Shown piece after piece: positions 9,120 through 19,632 of a stretch of 64,000 bases of DNA. Where the stretch lies: the NCBI GenBank assembly GCA_044222185.1, contig JBGANV010000007.1, forward strand, positions 160,001-224,000, written 5' to 3'. The stretch is from Planctomycetota bacterium. Its GTDB lineage: Bacteria > Planctomycetota > GCA-002687715 > CAIWVZ01. The position numbers and the translations under genes were made by a program. The notes below the pieces were generated by a model. The model did not search any database. It saw only the letters and a list, made by a program, of their open reading frames with translations, and was not told the DNA's origin. Numbering within the stretch: position 1 is the first letter of the stretch; every line of letters starts with the position of its first letter.

Positions 9120-11738
9120 TCAGGCCCGCACGAGGTGGGTGCCGACGAGTGCGTCGTGCGGCCCCCGGGCCGGCCGGCGGATGCACCACGCGTAGCCGGC
9201 GACGTAGACGGCGAGGTAGAGCCCGAAGGCCGCGAAGCCGGGCCACTCCGCGTCCACGAGCGGCATCGCCGCGACGCCGGCCAGGGGAATCAGCCCTGGC
9301 GACAAGGCCGTCAGTGAACGCAGCGTGCAGAGCCAGCGGCCAGCCGGGCGGCCGTCGGCGCGCGCGACGCGCAGTCCGGAGAGGGTGAGGCTCAGGCCTC
9401 CGCGGAGGATGAGGGCGAGGAGGATGCGAGGGACCTGGATGATCCCCAGGACCGCCGCGATGACCGTCCACATCTCGTCTTTGGTCGGCGCATCGGCCGC
9501 CCCGGTCGTGACTTCCGTGATCATGACGGGGAACAGGGTCGAGACGATTGCGGCGGTCATGCCCAGCCCTGGAAGCGTCTGCACGATCCGGCGACGCCGA
9601 GAGATCGCCGTGGGGACGTCGATGCACGGAGCGAGTGCCGCGCGGGCCTCCGCCGGGGTTGGAAACGGCGGCGCCCAGCCGAGGAGACGCTCGACGACGG
9701 GCCAGGCCCGCGCCGGCATGTCGTCAGGGAGCACGGGGCGACCGCGCCCGGGCCGCGTCAGGATGGCGGCGGCGGCGAGGGCGACGCTCCTCATGGAGTC
9801 GCTGCCCGGATCCGGGACGACGCCGGCCGCCCGGACCGAGAACTCGAGGATGCGAAGTCGACCAGAACGATCGACCCACAAGCGGTCCTTGGACACGGGA
9901 CCCACTCGCTCGACCTCCTCGAGCAGGGTTTCTATGAGCGGCGCGACGAGCGGCCAGGACGGAGCGCGCGCCGCCTCCCATTCCGCGAGGCTCGCCCCGC
10001 CCACCGACTCGTACACGTCGAACGTCGTTCCGTCGACCACCGTCTCGATGAGGCGGATGGCGTTCTTCGATGGCGGTTGAGATTCACGGCGGGGCATCGC
10101 GGGGGCGGTTCCCCGGGCGAGGATCCACACGCTGCGATCGAGCCTGGGATCGCGGCCGAGCCAGAGCGGGCCGTCTTCCGTCGACGTGATCCAACCCGTG
10201 ACGTCGTAATTCCCCACGCGGATCGGCTGTGAATCCTGCCGGGAGCGCTCCGGATCCAGCGTGTCGCGCACGATCCTCCGCGGGGCCGTGGAAGGCACCT
10301 CGACCACGCGCGAGCGTGAGGCCAGCTCATGCAGGCCGCGCCAACCGTTGCGACGCCGCATGGACAGGCACAGGACGATCGAGAGCGGGGCGGTGAGTTG
10401 GATGTTCCGGTTGGTCGCCCGTCGCACGGCGATGGGGACCCAGTAGATCGCCGCGACGATCACGAGCGTCCGCAGGAGGACTTGCTTGCGGGACGGTGGC
10501 CGGCCTTCCAGGTCGACCACTCGCAGGCCGAGCACGCGCTTGCCGAGGGTGGTTCCGAAACGGCCTTCGAGCAGCGTGAAGTACAGGAAGCCGACGATCG
10601 AGATGCCGACCTGTGTGCGCGTCGGGCCGTCGAGTGCGACGGGAATCGCCTTGACGTTGTTGCCGAGGATGTAAGCCACGGCGACGACCGCGCCCGTCAC
10701 CGCTCCGGCGATCAGCGTGATGGCAATCCAATCGGCGCAATAGGCTGCGAACCGGCGGATCCGCCCGCCAGGCTCGAGCAGTGCCGGGGCGAACGTCGCC
10801 AGCGCGTGACGGAGCGCGTTCGCGTCCGCAAATCGCCTCGTCGGGTCTTTCTCGAGCGTGCGGAGGATCACCCGTTCGAGGCCCCTCGGAACATCCCGCC
10901 GCAGCGAGCGGGGTGCCGGCGGCGCCTCCGTGGTGATCTGGGCGACGACATCGCCCAGCGTCGACCCCTGAAACGGCGCGCGGCCCGTCAACACGGCGAA
11001 GAGGGTCGCGCCAAGCGAGTAGATGTCGCTGCGCTGGTCGACGGTGCGCCCACGGATCTGCTCGGGCGACGCGTAGAACGGAGTGCCGATGAACGCTCCG
11101 CTCTGGGTGAGTCCCAGGTCGGCGGTGAGCGTGCGCGAGAGCCCGAAGTCTCCCACCTTCACGTGATCGTCGGACGTCAGGAAGCAGTTCGACGGCTTGA
11201 TGTCGCGATGGACGATTCCGACGGAGTGCGCCGCGGCGAGGCCGTCGCAGGCCTCGATCACCCAGCGGACGGCGGTGTCGATGGAGACCGGTTTGCCCGC
11301 CTTGATCACGTCGTCCAGGCTGCGGCCGCTCATCAGCTCCATTGCGATCGCGCTCTGTCCGCCGAGCTGATGGGCGCCGAACACGAACACGCAGTTGGGG
11401 TGAGAGATGGACGCCGCGAGCCTGGCCTCGCGCTCGAATCGCTCACGGGCTTCCTCGCTGACGCCGAGACGCTGCGCGACGACCTTCAGTGCGACCCGGC
11501 GCCCGTGCGCGACCTCCTCAGCTTCGTAAACCACGCCCATGCCACCGCGACCGAGTTCGCGGACGAGGCGAAATGCGCCAGTGTCGGAAGGCAGCGGTCC
11601 GCCCATGGACGAAGCGGGGCCCATCCCGTCCGTGATGGACAGCCCGTGAAGTGAGAACCCGGACTGCGCCGCGCCGAGCGTGGCGCCGCTTTGCGTCGGT
11701 GAATCGGGCTTCGTCTGGTCTGGGCGCGCGTCGCTCAT
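9120..11738 (-). CDS. Ser/Thr protein kinase with RDD domain, degenerate second kinase and second RDD-like segment
   Basis: GRGGMG, VALK, HRDIKPSN, DFG, SPE, DIYSLG; RDD motifs RRFAAYCAD, GTTLGKRVLGLRV, GLHEL; start at 11738 is a best guess. Confidence 0.9.
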   Translation of the reverse strand: MSDARPDQTKPDSPTQSGATLGAAQSGFSLHGLSITDGMGPASSMGGPLPSDTGAFRLVRELGRGGMGVVYEAEEVAHGRRVALKVVAQRLGVSEEARERFEREARLAASISHPNCVFVFGAHQLGGQSAIAMELMSGRSLDDVIKAGKPVSIDTAVRWVIEACDGLAAAHSVGIVHRDIKPSNCFLTSDDHVKVGDFGLSRTLTADLGLTQSGAFIGTPFYASPEQIRGRTVDQRSDIYSLGATLFAVLTGRAPFQGSTLGDVVAQITTEAPPAPRSLRRDVPRGLERVILRTLEKDPTRRFADANALRHALATFAPALLEPGGRIRRFAAYCADWIAITLIAGAVTGAVVAVAYILGNNVKAIPVALDGPTRTQVGISIVGFLYFTLLEGRFGTTLGKRVLGLRVVDLEGRPPSRKQVLLRTLVIVAAIYWVPIAVRRATNRNIQLTAPLSIVLCLSMRRRNGWRGLHELASRSRVVEVPSTAPRRIVRDTLDPERSRQDSQPIRVGNYDVTGWITSTEDGPLWLGRDPRLDRSVWILARGTAPAMPRRESQPPSKNAIRLIETVVDGTTFDVYESVGGASLAEWEAARAPSWPLVAPLIETLLEEVERVGPVSKDRLWVDRSGRLRILEFSVRAAGVVPDPGSDSMRSVALAAAAILTRPGRGRPVLPDDMPARAWPVVERLLGWAPPFPTPAEARAALAPCIDVPTAISRRRRIVQTLPGLGMTAAIVSTLFPVMITEVTTGAADAPTKDEMWTVIAAVLGIIQVPRILLALILRGGLSLTLSGLRVARADGRPAGRWLCTLRSLTALSPGLIPLAGVAAMPLVDAEWPGFAAFGLYLAVYVAGYAWCIRRPARGPHDALVGTHLVRA

Positions 11739-11851
11739 GGGGCCCGTCGGCGTGCGACGGAGGGGCCCATCATAGTCGGTCGCGCGGCCCATGGGACGGC
11801 GGCCCGTCACCCGTTCCCGGACTTCGGGGAGCCACGTAGCATCTCGACCAC

Positions 11852-14800
11852 ATGCGAGGTCAGTCCATGCAACGCGATGCCGTCGCCCGTATCGTTTCCG
11901 TCCTACTCATCGCCGTGGCCGTGTGCAGCGGGCAGCAGGGCAGTCGCCCGGCTCGCGCCGAAGAGCGCGCCGCTCCACCGCCGCCGAAGGATTGGGCGAC
12001 GCCCGAGGAGGCGCTCCTCAAGAACGTCCGCCAGGTGACCTTCGTCGGCGAGCGCAGCGGGGAGTCCTACTTCTCGCCGGACATGAGCATGGTCTCCTAC
12101 CAGTCCGTCCGCGGGACGTGCCCTCACTACCAGATCTTCGTCGAGCGCCTGGACGGAACGGCGCTCTGGCGCGTGTCTCCGGGAGTGGGCCTCACGACCT
12201 GTTCGTTCTGGCGACCGGACGGCAAACGACTCATCTGGGCGTCGACGCACCTCGATCCGGCGACCTATGGACCTCCGCCCGCGGAGGGCGGTGCCTACGC
12301 GTGGAATCGCCATCCATCGTTCGACATCTTCGAGTCCGATCCCGACGGCACGAACGTCAAGCGCCTGACGGATACGGCGGGGTACGACGCCGAGGGGTCC
12401 TACTCGTTCGACGGCAAGCGCATCGTCTTCGCCTCGGAACGTGACGGGGACGTCGACATCTACACCATGGCGTCGGACGGCAGCGACGTGCGCCGCGTGA
12501 CGACGACCAAGGGATATGACGGCGGGCCGTTCTACTCGCCCGATGCGAAGCAGATCTGCTATCGCGGCTTCCGCAATCCCAAGAACCCGCGCTTTGCGAA
12601 CCTCTACGTCATCGACGCGGACGGCAAGAACGAGAAACAACTCACGTTCGACGACACGGTGAACTGGGCACCCTACTGGCACCCGAAGGGCGACCTGCTC
12701 GTCTACTCGAAGGGCGTAGGCGGCCACCGCAACTTCGAGCTCTACCTCGTGAAACCGACCGGCGGCCCGAGCTTCCGCCTCACGCGCAGCCCGGCCGCGG
12801 ACGTCCTGCCGGTCTTCTCTCCCGACGGGAAGAAGCTGATCTGGACGTCGACCCGCGCGGACGGTCGATCGCAGCTCTTCATCGCTGACTTCGTCCTGCC
12901 GACGGAGGAGGAATGGAAGAAGGGCTGCGCCGAGGAGGAGGATCGCCAGGCGAAGGAGCGCGAGGCCGCGTCGCAGGGCGGTGGCGTCGAGCACGGCGCG
13001 CCGGCCAAGCCCACGGGTGCTCCCGGCAGCGGAGGGGGTGGCGACGCGCAGTCGGATGCTGGTGGCGACGGCAAGGCGCTTGCGACGGCCGTGCTCGCCC
13101 ACGCCAAGTACCTTGCGGACGACGCCCTCGAGGGTCGTCGTGCGGGGACGGAGGGCGCCGCGAAGGCCGCCGACTACGTGGAGAAGGCGTTCCGCGGACT
13201 GAACCTGGCACCGGCCGGTGAGAAGGGCACGTTCCGCCAGCCGTTCAACCTGCTCGTCGACACTCAGCCCGGGAAGGTGAACGAGCTGACGGTCGGCACC
13301 CGCGATCGCGCCTTCGTCGCGCCATCCTTCGGGCCGCTGGCGTTCTCCGGCGCCAAGGACGCGGAGTCGGCGACGGCGAACGGAGCGTTGGCATTCCGGG
13401 GCTACGGCGTGTCGATGGCGGGGGCCTACGACGATTACGCAGGCCTCGCCGACGTCGCCGGAAAGATCGTCGTTCTGTTCCTGCGCGGCCTGCCGGACGA
13501 AGCGATCCAGCAGAAGTCCAACCCCCACGCCAATCCGCAGGCGTTCCAATCCACGTACGCCAAGGCCATGTTCGCCAAGGGGCGCGGCGCGGCGGGCGTT
13601 CTGTTCGTGGCGGACTCCAAGCAGCGATCAGGCGCGCTCGAGCCGCTCGTGGGAGACATCAGCGGATCGCACATCGGAATCCCCGTCGCACAGATCACGC
13701 GGGACGCGCTGAAGGTGCTCCTGGAGCCCTACAAGAAGACGCTCGAGGATCTCGAGAAGCCGTCGTCGGAGGCCAAGGGCAGCGGCTTCGATCTGGACGT
13801 CACCGCACAGATGACGACGTCGGTGCGCGAGATCCGCGGAACGACGGACAACGTCCTCGGCTTGCTGAAGGGTGCGACGAAGCCGGACGAGATCGTGGTC
13901 GTGAGCGCGCACTACGATCACCTGGGCTACGGCGGGCAGGGGAGTCTGAGCGACGCCGCGGGCCCGCAGATCCACAACGGCGCCGACGACAACGCCTCGG
14001 GAACTGCGGGACTGATCGAGATCGCCCGCCGCCTGGCGGCGAATCCGCCCGCTCGATCCATCCTCTTCGTGGGGTGGAGCGGTGAGGAGGAAGGCCTCCT
14101 GGGCTCGGAGCATTGGATGGCGGCCCCCACCGTCGACCTCGCCCGGGTCGTCGCGAACGTGAACCTCGACATGATCGGGCGCCTGGGTGCGGATGGTGTG
14201 GCGCTGGACGGCGTCGGCAGTGGCGAAGGATTTTCCCAGCTCGTGGACGAGGCGAACGCGGCCACGGGCCTCAAGCTGTCGAAGACCGCCGGCAGCATGA
14301 GCGGCCGCTCGGATCACGCGGCGTTCATCCAGAAGGGCATTCCCGCACTGCACCTCTTCACCGGCGCGCACGCCGATTACCACAAACCGTCCGATGACTG
14401 GGATCGCCTGAACGCCGACGGGATGGCGACGGTCAGCCGGTACGCCACGACGCTCACGCGGATGATCGCCGACCGCGAGGGGAAGATCGCCTACGTCAAA
14501 CCGAAGACCCCGGAAAAGACGATGTCTGGCGGCGGATACGGCGCGTCTCTCGGAACCATCCCTTCGTACGGCGAAGACTCGGGCGGCGTGAGGCTGTCCG
14601 GCGTGCGGGCCGGCGGCCCGGCCGAGAAGGCGGGCATGAAGGGCGGCGACGTCCTGATCCGCCTCGGCGCGTTCCCCATCGACAACATCCAGGATTTCAC
14701 GGCCGCACTCGCCCAGTGCCGACCAGGCCAGGAGGTCGAGGTCGTCGTGAAGCGCGACGGCCAGGACGTGAAGCTGAAGGTCACCCTGGGTCGGATGTAG
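11852..14800 (+). CDS. Secreted TolB-like (PD40) beta-propeller fused to PA, M28 peptidase and PDZ domains
   Basis: Repeated FSPDG/YDG motifs; SAHYDHLG, NGADDNASG, GEEEGLLGS, NLDMIG, DYHKPSD; C-terminal PDZ (GPAEKAG.KGGD). Confidence 0.9.
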   Translation: MRGQSMQRDAVARIVSVLLIAVAVCSGQQGSRPARAEERAAPPPPKDWATPEEALLKNVRQVTFVGERSGESYFSPDMSMVSYQSVRGTCPHYQIFVERLDGTALWRVSPGVGLTTCSFWRPDGKRLIWASTHLDPATYGPPPAEGGAYAWNRHPSFDIFESDPDGTNVKRLTDTAGYDAEGSYSFDGKRIVFASERDGDVDIYTMASDGSDVRRVTTTKGYDGGPFYSPDAKQICYRGFRNPKNPRFANLYVIDADGKNEKQLTFDDTVNWAPYWHPKGDLLVYSKGVGGHRNFELYLVKPTGGPSFRLTRSPAADVLPVFSPDGKKLIWTSTRADGRSQLFIADFVLPTEEEWKKGCAEEEDRQAKEREAASQGGGVEHGAPAKPTGAPGSGGGGDAQSDAGGDGKALATAVLAHAKYLADDALEGRRAGTEGAAKAADYVEKAFRGLNLAPAGEKGTFRQPFNLLVDTQPGKVNELTVGTRDRAFVAPSFGPLAFSGAKDAESATANGALAFRGYGVSMAGAYDDYAGLADVAGKIVVLFLRGLPDEAIQQKSNPHANPQAFQSTYAKAMFAKGRGAAGVLFVADSKQRSGALEPLVGDISGSHIGIPVAQITRDALKVLLEPYKKTLEDLEKPSSEAKGSGFDLDVTAQMTTSVREIRGTTDNVLGLLKGATKPDEIVVVSAHYDHLGYGGQGSLSDAAGPQIHNGADDNASGTAGLIEIARRLAANPPARSILFVGWSGEEEGLLGSEHWMAAPTVDLARVVANVNLDMIGRLGADGVALDGVGSGEGFSQLVDEANAATGLKLSKTAGSMSGRSDHAAFIQKGIPALHLFTGAHADYHKPSDDWDRLNADGMATVSRYATTLTRMIADREGKIAYVKPKTPEKTMSGGGYGASLGTIPSYGEDSGGVRLSGVRAGGPAEKAGMKGGDVLIRLGAFPIDNIQDFTAALAQCRPGQEVEVVVKRDGQDVKLKVTLGRM

Positions 14801-14874
14801 ATGGCGACGTCCGCCGCGCAGCGGTTCACATGGATGCGCCCGCCGGTTACTCTGGCGGACGAAAGGTTCGTGAC

Positions 14875-15642
14875 GTGAGCGCGCGCTTTGCCCTCATCTC
14901 CGACATCCACAGCAACGTCGAGGCGTTGACGGCCGTCTTCGCCGACATCGACACGCGGGGGATTCCCGTCGTCTACTGTCTGGGCGACGTGATCGGCTAT
15001 GGCCCCGAGCCCGAGCCGACGTGCGACATGGTGCGCGAGCGCTGCGCCGAGACGATCCGCGGCAACCACGACGACGCGCTCTTCAACGATGCTCGCCGTT
15101 TCAATCCGCTGGCGCGCGACGCCTTGCGGTTCACGCGAGAGCGGCTGAAGCCGGGGTTTCTGAGCGGTCGCGCCGTCACGGCGCGATGGGAGTGGCTCCG
15201 AAATCTCAAACGCCATTTCCGCGACGGTGACGCGCTCTTCGTGCACGGGTCGCCGAACGATCCGGTGAACGAGTACGTCTACCAGGAGGACGTGTTCTTC
15301 AACGCGGACAACAAGCTCCGGCCCATCTTCGAGGCGACGGACCACGTCACATTCTGCGGACACACGCACCTGCCGGTGATCATCTCCTCCGAGCTGAAGA
15401 CGTTCGTTCCGAAGGCGGACGACCTGGAGTTCCGGCTGAAGTCCGACGTGAAGTACATCGTCAACATCGGCTCCGTGGGGCAGCCGCGCGACCGGGACAA
15501 CCGGGCCTGCTACGTCGAGGTGGACGGCGACGTCATCCGGTACCACCGGATCCCCTACAACATCGCGGCGACACAGGCCAAGATCCGCGCCATCCCCATG
15601 CTGAACGAACTGCTCGCCCGACGTCTGGAAGAAGGGGTCTGA
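14875..15642 (+). CDS. Calcineurin-like metallophosphoesterase
   Basis: SDIHSN, LGDVIGYG, GNHD, HGSP, GHTH, N.GSVGQPRD; GTG start inferred. Confidence 0.92.
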   Translation: MSARFALISDIHSNVEALTAVFADIDTRGIPVVYCLGDVIGYGPEPEPTCDMVRERCAETIRGNHDDALFNDARRFNPLARDALRFTRERLKPGFLSGRAVTARWEWLRNLKRHFRDGDALFVHGSPNDPVNEYVYQEDVFFNADNKLRPIFEATDHVTFCGHTHLPVIISSELKTFVPKADDLEFRLKSDVKYIVNIGSVGQPRDRDNRACYVEVDGDVIRYHRIPYNIAATQAKIRAIPMLNELLARRLEEGV

Positions 15643-15777
15643 CGAGCGGATCCGCACGCGCGGGGGCGGTGCCGTGGCCGGCACGCTCCGCATCGCAGGC
15701 GGATGTGATGCACTTGCCGTGGCAAGGGGTTTGCTTCGTATGATGTCGACCCCTGGCGTGCGAATCGGGCTTCATCC

Positions 15778-17055
15778 GTGAAACAGACCATCGTCTTCAT
15801 CGGCATCCTCGTGGCGGCGTTCGTCGTCACGCTGCTCCTCCTCGGAACGGACATGAAGGATCTCTGGGCTGCCGTGTCCACGGATTCGCCGCCAGCCCCG
15901 CCGCCGATCTCCAGCGAGGATCAGGCGGCCCAGCGACGCCAGCGCGACATCATGCGGTCCATGGCGAGCGAGCAGGATTCCGCGATCGCGGTCAAGTCGA
16001 AGGACGGGCCCGACGCATCCGCCACGGTCGGGTTGATCACCGGAGTCATCAGCCCCGACGACGGATCCAATCCGAGCGGTGCGCAGGTGACGATCCAGCC
16101 GTCGGCAGGTCGCCTTCGTTGGATCGACGGCGGCCACTTCGAGATCACCGACGTGCCACCCGGCTACTACATCGTGGGGGCGACGCTCGCGGGGTTCGCT
16201 CCCCAGCGGCCGGTCGACCTGCACGTGGAGGCGGGCAAGCAGTACTCCGTCGACATCCCGTTCGAGAAGGGCGTCTACTTCCGAGGCCGCGTCGTCGACG
16301 ACGTCTATCAGCGCGGGATCGAAGGCGCCTCGGTCGATTTCAACGGGCTCGCGCGTGTGCGCTCGGGACCCAATGGTTCCTTCGAGGTGACCGCTGCGGT
16401 GTCTCAGAAGGGGCTCGAGCTCATCACGCTGAGCCATGACGACTTCGATCGGCACACCTACGTCCGCCATCCGTTTCCCGAGCCCAACAACCTCGTGCTC
16501 GCCATGTCGCGCGGACCGGCGAACATCTCGGGCCGACTCGTCTTCGCGGACGGCGCCGAGATGCCTCAGGAATTCCGGGTGCGCGTCTGGCGCGTTCCAT
16601 CGACGGACTTCGAGGAATTGCGGCGCGAGCGCGTCTTCCGCGACACACGATCGTTCGAGATCAAGGGCGTGTTCGGCGGTCCCATGCTGTTGGAGGTCGA
16701 TTTTCCCGGAACGGCGCGCGCGTCCCGCCGCGTCGCCTTCGATCTCGGCCGCGACACGACGAAGGACTTCGAGCTGTTCTTCGACCGCGCAGCCTCCATC
16801 GACGGGGTCTTCGTCGGGCGCGGGGGGAACATCGCGCGAATTCCCCTGGTGTTACTCGATGGGACCAACCACGTCTGTGGCCAGGTGCAGACGGACGACA
16901 AAGGCAACTTCCACTTCCACAGCGTCGCTGCCGGCGAGTATCACGTGCGCATCGACTCGGGGAACCCCGTCCTTCACACGGACGCGTTCGTCGTTCCCGA
17001 ACTCGGAACCGTGAACATCGTCGTCGATGGTGACCTCGGCCGCATCAAGAAGTGA
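15778..17055 (+). CDS. Membrane-anchored protein with carboxypeptidase-regulatory-like beta-sandwich repeats
   Basis: N-terminal TM; repeated G.V...G.F....PG.Y patterns (TDDKGNFHFHSVAAGEYHV). Confidence 0.7.
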   Translation: MKQTIVFIGILVAAFVVTLLLLGTDMKDLWAAVSTDSPPAPPPISSEDQAAQRRQRDIMRSMASEQDSAIAVKSKDGPDASATVGLITGVISPDDGSNPSGAQVTIQPSAGRLRWIDGGHFEITDVPPGYYIVGATLAGFAPQRPVDLHVEAGKQYSVDIPFEKGVYFRGRVVDDVYQRGIEGASVDFNGLARVRSGPNGSFEVTAAVSQKGLELITLSHDDFDRHTYVRHPFPEPNNLVLAMSRGPANISGRLVFADGAEMPQEFRVRVWRVPSTDFEELRRERVFRDTRSFEIKGVFGGPMLLEVDFPGTARASRRVAFDLGRDTTKDFELFFDRAASIDGVFVGRGGNIARIPLVLLDGTNHVCGQVQTDDKGNFHFHSVAAGEYHVRIDSGNPVLHTDAFVVPELGTVNIVVDGDLGRIKK

Positions 17056-18506
17056 CGCGGGTGGCCGCATGCCGCGCCTTCATCGCGCTCGTCTTGACCT
17101 CGCTCCTGGCCGCGGCTCAGGATTCCAAGCCAGCGAAGGGGGAGCGCGTCCGCCTGGACGATGGCCGCGAGCTTGCCGGGCCGATCGCCGCGAATGACGG
17201 TCTCACGATCCGGGTTGGTGACGCCGTCGTCGACAAGTGGCAGGTGCGCGAGATCGAAGGCGGACCGACGCCCGTTCAGGCCGAGATCCTCCTCCAGCGT
17301 TTCCTCGACGAGCCGGACGAGGGACGCGCCATGCGGTTGTCGAGTCGGATCCTCGCGCTGCGAGACCTCGACTTCAGTACGCTCGTCGACCTGATGCGGC
17401 GAACGGGGATCCGGCCCCCGGTCGACCCGGGCCTCAGCACTCACAAACTCCTCGTGAAGGAAACCAAGGAGACGTTCGAGGTCACGCGGTACGTGCCCAG
17501 AGGCTTCGATGCCACGTCGGCCCGCCCCGTCTGGGTCACGATCCATGGGACCGGCGGACACGCGACGGACCCCGTTTCCATGATGCAGTCGCTCGCCGAC
17601 CGGTGGGGGTTTGCCGTCGCCGGGCTCACCGAGATTCCGCCGCGACAGGGGAAGGGCTGGGGCTCGCTTCCCGCGGAACGCATCTGCGAAGCGGCGCTCG
17701 TCCACGAACTCGTCCGGCAGCTGCGAGTCGACACGAACCGTGTCTACATCAACGGGTGGTCTCGCGGTGGACACGCCACCTGGGACATGGCGATGCACCA
17801 TCCCGATCTGTTCGCGGGCGCCGGGCCAGTGATCGGGTCCGTGCTGTCGCGCGATCGACACCTCCTGCCGAACGTGCGTCCCGTGCGCATCGACGCCACG
17901 AACGGTGCGAAAGACCAGCCTGGACTCGAGCGGGCCGCGAAGGCGGTCGCCGACGCGTTGTCCGCACCCGGATACGACTTCCGCTGGTACGAGGACCCGA
18001 ACGGCGGGCACGATCCGTTCCCGGAGCGGCTGCCGATCGTCGTCGAGCACCTCCTCGAGAAGGTTCGTGAACCCGATCCGAGGAAGGTCGAGTTCACCAG
18101 CTACGACGAGGAGGCGCGGCGCTGCTTCTGGCTGAAGATCGAGGCCGTCTCGGCGGATTCCTACGTGCGCGGCCGCAGCATTCCCGTTCTCGGAGCATCC
18201 AAGATGACGCCCGAGGAGGCGCACGCCGCGCTCGAGTCGGCGATCGCCCGCAACACCCCGCGCATCAGCGGCGAGGTCGACGGCGAGAATCGCGTGTCGA
18301 TCACGACGCACCTCGTCACGCGGTTGAAGGTCGGGCTGTCGCCCAAGCTCATCGACTTCCGCAAGCCCGTGACGTTGATCGTGAATGGCGACAAGCGCTG
18401 GACGAAGACGATCTCACCGTCGAAGGCCGTGCTGCTCGAGACCGCGCGCCGTAATCAGGATCGATTCTTCGGTTGGGGCGAAGTCCTCGACGTGGCCGTG
18501 CGTTGA
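17052..18506 (+). CDS. Secreted alpha/beta hydrolase (esterase/peptidase-like)
   Basis: Signal peptide; DTNRVY..GWSRGG nucleophile elbow, HPDLFAG, GGH; GTGA overlap with upstream gene. Confidence 0.8.
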   Translation: MTRVAACRAFIALVLTSLLAAAQDSKPAKGERVRLDDGRELAGPIAANDGLTIRVGDAVVDKWQVREIEGGPTPVQAEILLQRFLDEPDEGRAMRLSSRILALRDLDFSTLVDLMRRTGIRPPVDPGLSTHKLLVKETKETFEVTRYVPRGFDATSARPVWVTIHGTGGHATDPVSMMQSLADRWGFAVAGLTEIPPRQGKGWGSLPAERICEAALVHELVRQLRVDTNRVYINGWSRGGHATWDMAMHHPDLFAGAGPVIGSVLSRDRHLLPNVRPVRIDATNGAKDQPGLERAAKAVADALSAPGYDFRWYEDPNGGHDPFPERLPIVVEHLLEKVREPDPRKVEFTSYDEEARRCFWLKIEAVSADSYVRGRSIPVLGASKMTPEEAHAALESAIARNTPRISGEVDGENRVSITTHLVTRLKVGLSPKLIDFRKPVTLIVNGDKRWTKTISPSKAVLLETARRNQDRFFGWGEVLDVAVR

Positions 18507-18564
18507 GGGGGCGGCGGCGAGATGCCGCAGGACCAGCCATGGCTGCTACATTGCCGCCTCAACC

Positions 18565-19632
18565 ATGGACACGGCATCGCACGCTGAACCGACGCTCACG
18601 TTGCGGGAAACACGCGACCGACTGAAGGACCTCTTCACCCCGCGGGCGCTCGTGTACTGGACCGACCTTCTCGCGTCGGCGACGGTCGGGTGGGGCGGCT
18701 TCGCCGTCGCGATGCAGCAGGCTCCGTGGAGCGCCGCGCACGTCGTCGCCACCGTCGTCAGCGCGCTTGCGCTCTATCGCTCCGCCATGTTCATCCACGA
18801 GCTGACGCACCTTCCGAAGGGTTCGCTGCCGGGGTTCCACACGGTGTGGGACCTGCTCGTCGGCGTGCCGCTTCTCCTTCCGTCGTTCATGTATCTCGGC
18901 GTGCACCTCGATCATCACCGTCGCAACGTCTACGGCACGGCCGGCGATCCCGAGTATCTGCCGCTGGCCCGCAGCTCGCGTGTGAAGACGGTGTTGTTCC
19001 TCGTGCAGCCTGTGGTGATCCCGCTTCTGCTGCTCGCGCGGTTCGCCGTGCTCGCGCCGCTGTCGGTGTTGCTCGGGTCCAAGGTGCGCGAGCTCATCGT
19101 CACGCGGGCTTCGGCACTCGTGATCAACCCGGCCTACCGGCGGGATCTCCCGACGGGTGCTCTGCGGGGACGCTGGGTCGTGACGGAGCTGTTGGCGTCG
19201 GCGCTCGTGCTCGGACTTCTCGGCGCGATCGTCGCGGGGCTCGTGAGCTGGCGCGTGGCAGGCCAGTGGTATCTCGTGTCCGTCCTGGCGGCTTTCGTCA
19301 ACCAGCTTCGCACCGTGGGCGCTCATCGCTGGCGGAATGCGGGCGGAGAACTGGACGTCATCGCCCAACTCGTCGATTCGGTCAACACGCCAGGCGGCGC
19401 ATTGACGGAGATCTGGGCGCCTGTCGGGTTGCGCTGGCACGGGCTCCACCACTTCGTTCCCGACATGCCCTATCACTCGCTCGGCGCGGCGCACCGCCGT
19501 CTCGTCTCGAGCCTTCCTTCCGATTCGCCGTACTTTCAGACGGTATCACCCGGCATCTTCGCGAGCCTCGCCACGTTGTGGCGAGAGGCGGGCGAGGCCG
19601 GTGGTCGCGCCGTCGCGGAGCCGGGGCGCTGA
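18565..19632 (+). CDS. Fatty acid desaturase family membrane protein
   Basis: Three His boxes: HELTH, HLDHH, HGLHH..P; TM segments. Confidence 0.9.
   Translation: MDTASHAEPTLTLRETRDRLKDLFTPRALVYWTDLLASATVGWGGFAVAMQQAPWSAAHVVATVVSALALYRSAMFIHELTHLPKGSLPGFHTVWDLLVGVPLLLPSFMYLGVHLDHHRRNVYGTAGDPEYLPLARSSRVKTVLFLVQPVVIPLLLLARFAVLAPLSVLLGSKVRELIVTRASALVINPAYRRDLPTGALRGRWVVTELLASALVLGLLGAIVAGLVSWRVAGQWYLVSVLAAFVNQLRTVGAHRWRNAGGELDVIAQLVDSVNTPGGALTEIWAPVGLRWHGLHHFVPDMPYHSLGAAHRRLVSSLPSDSPYFQTVSPGIFASLATLWREAGEAGGRAVAEPGR

Noticed and set aside
15714-15744. Sigma-70 promoter TTGCCG-N19-TATGAT upstream of 15778
   Set aside because: Spacing is non-optimal and there is no independent support
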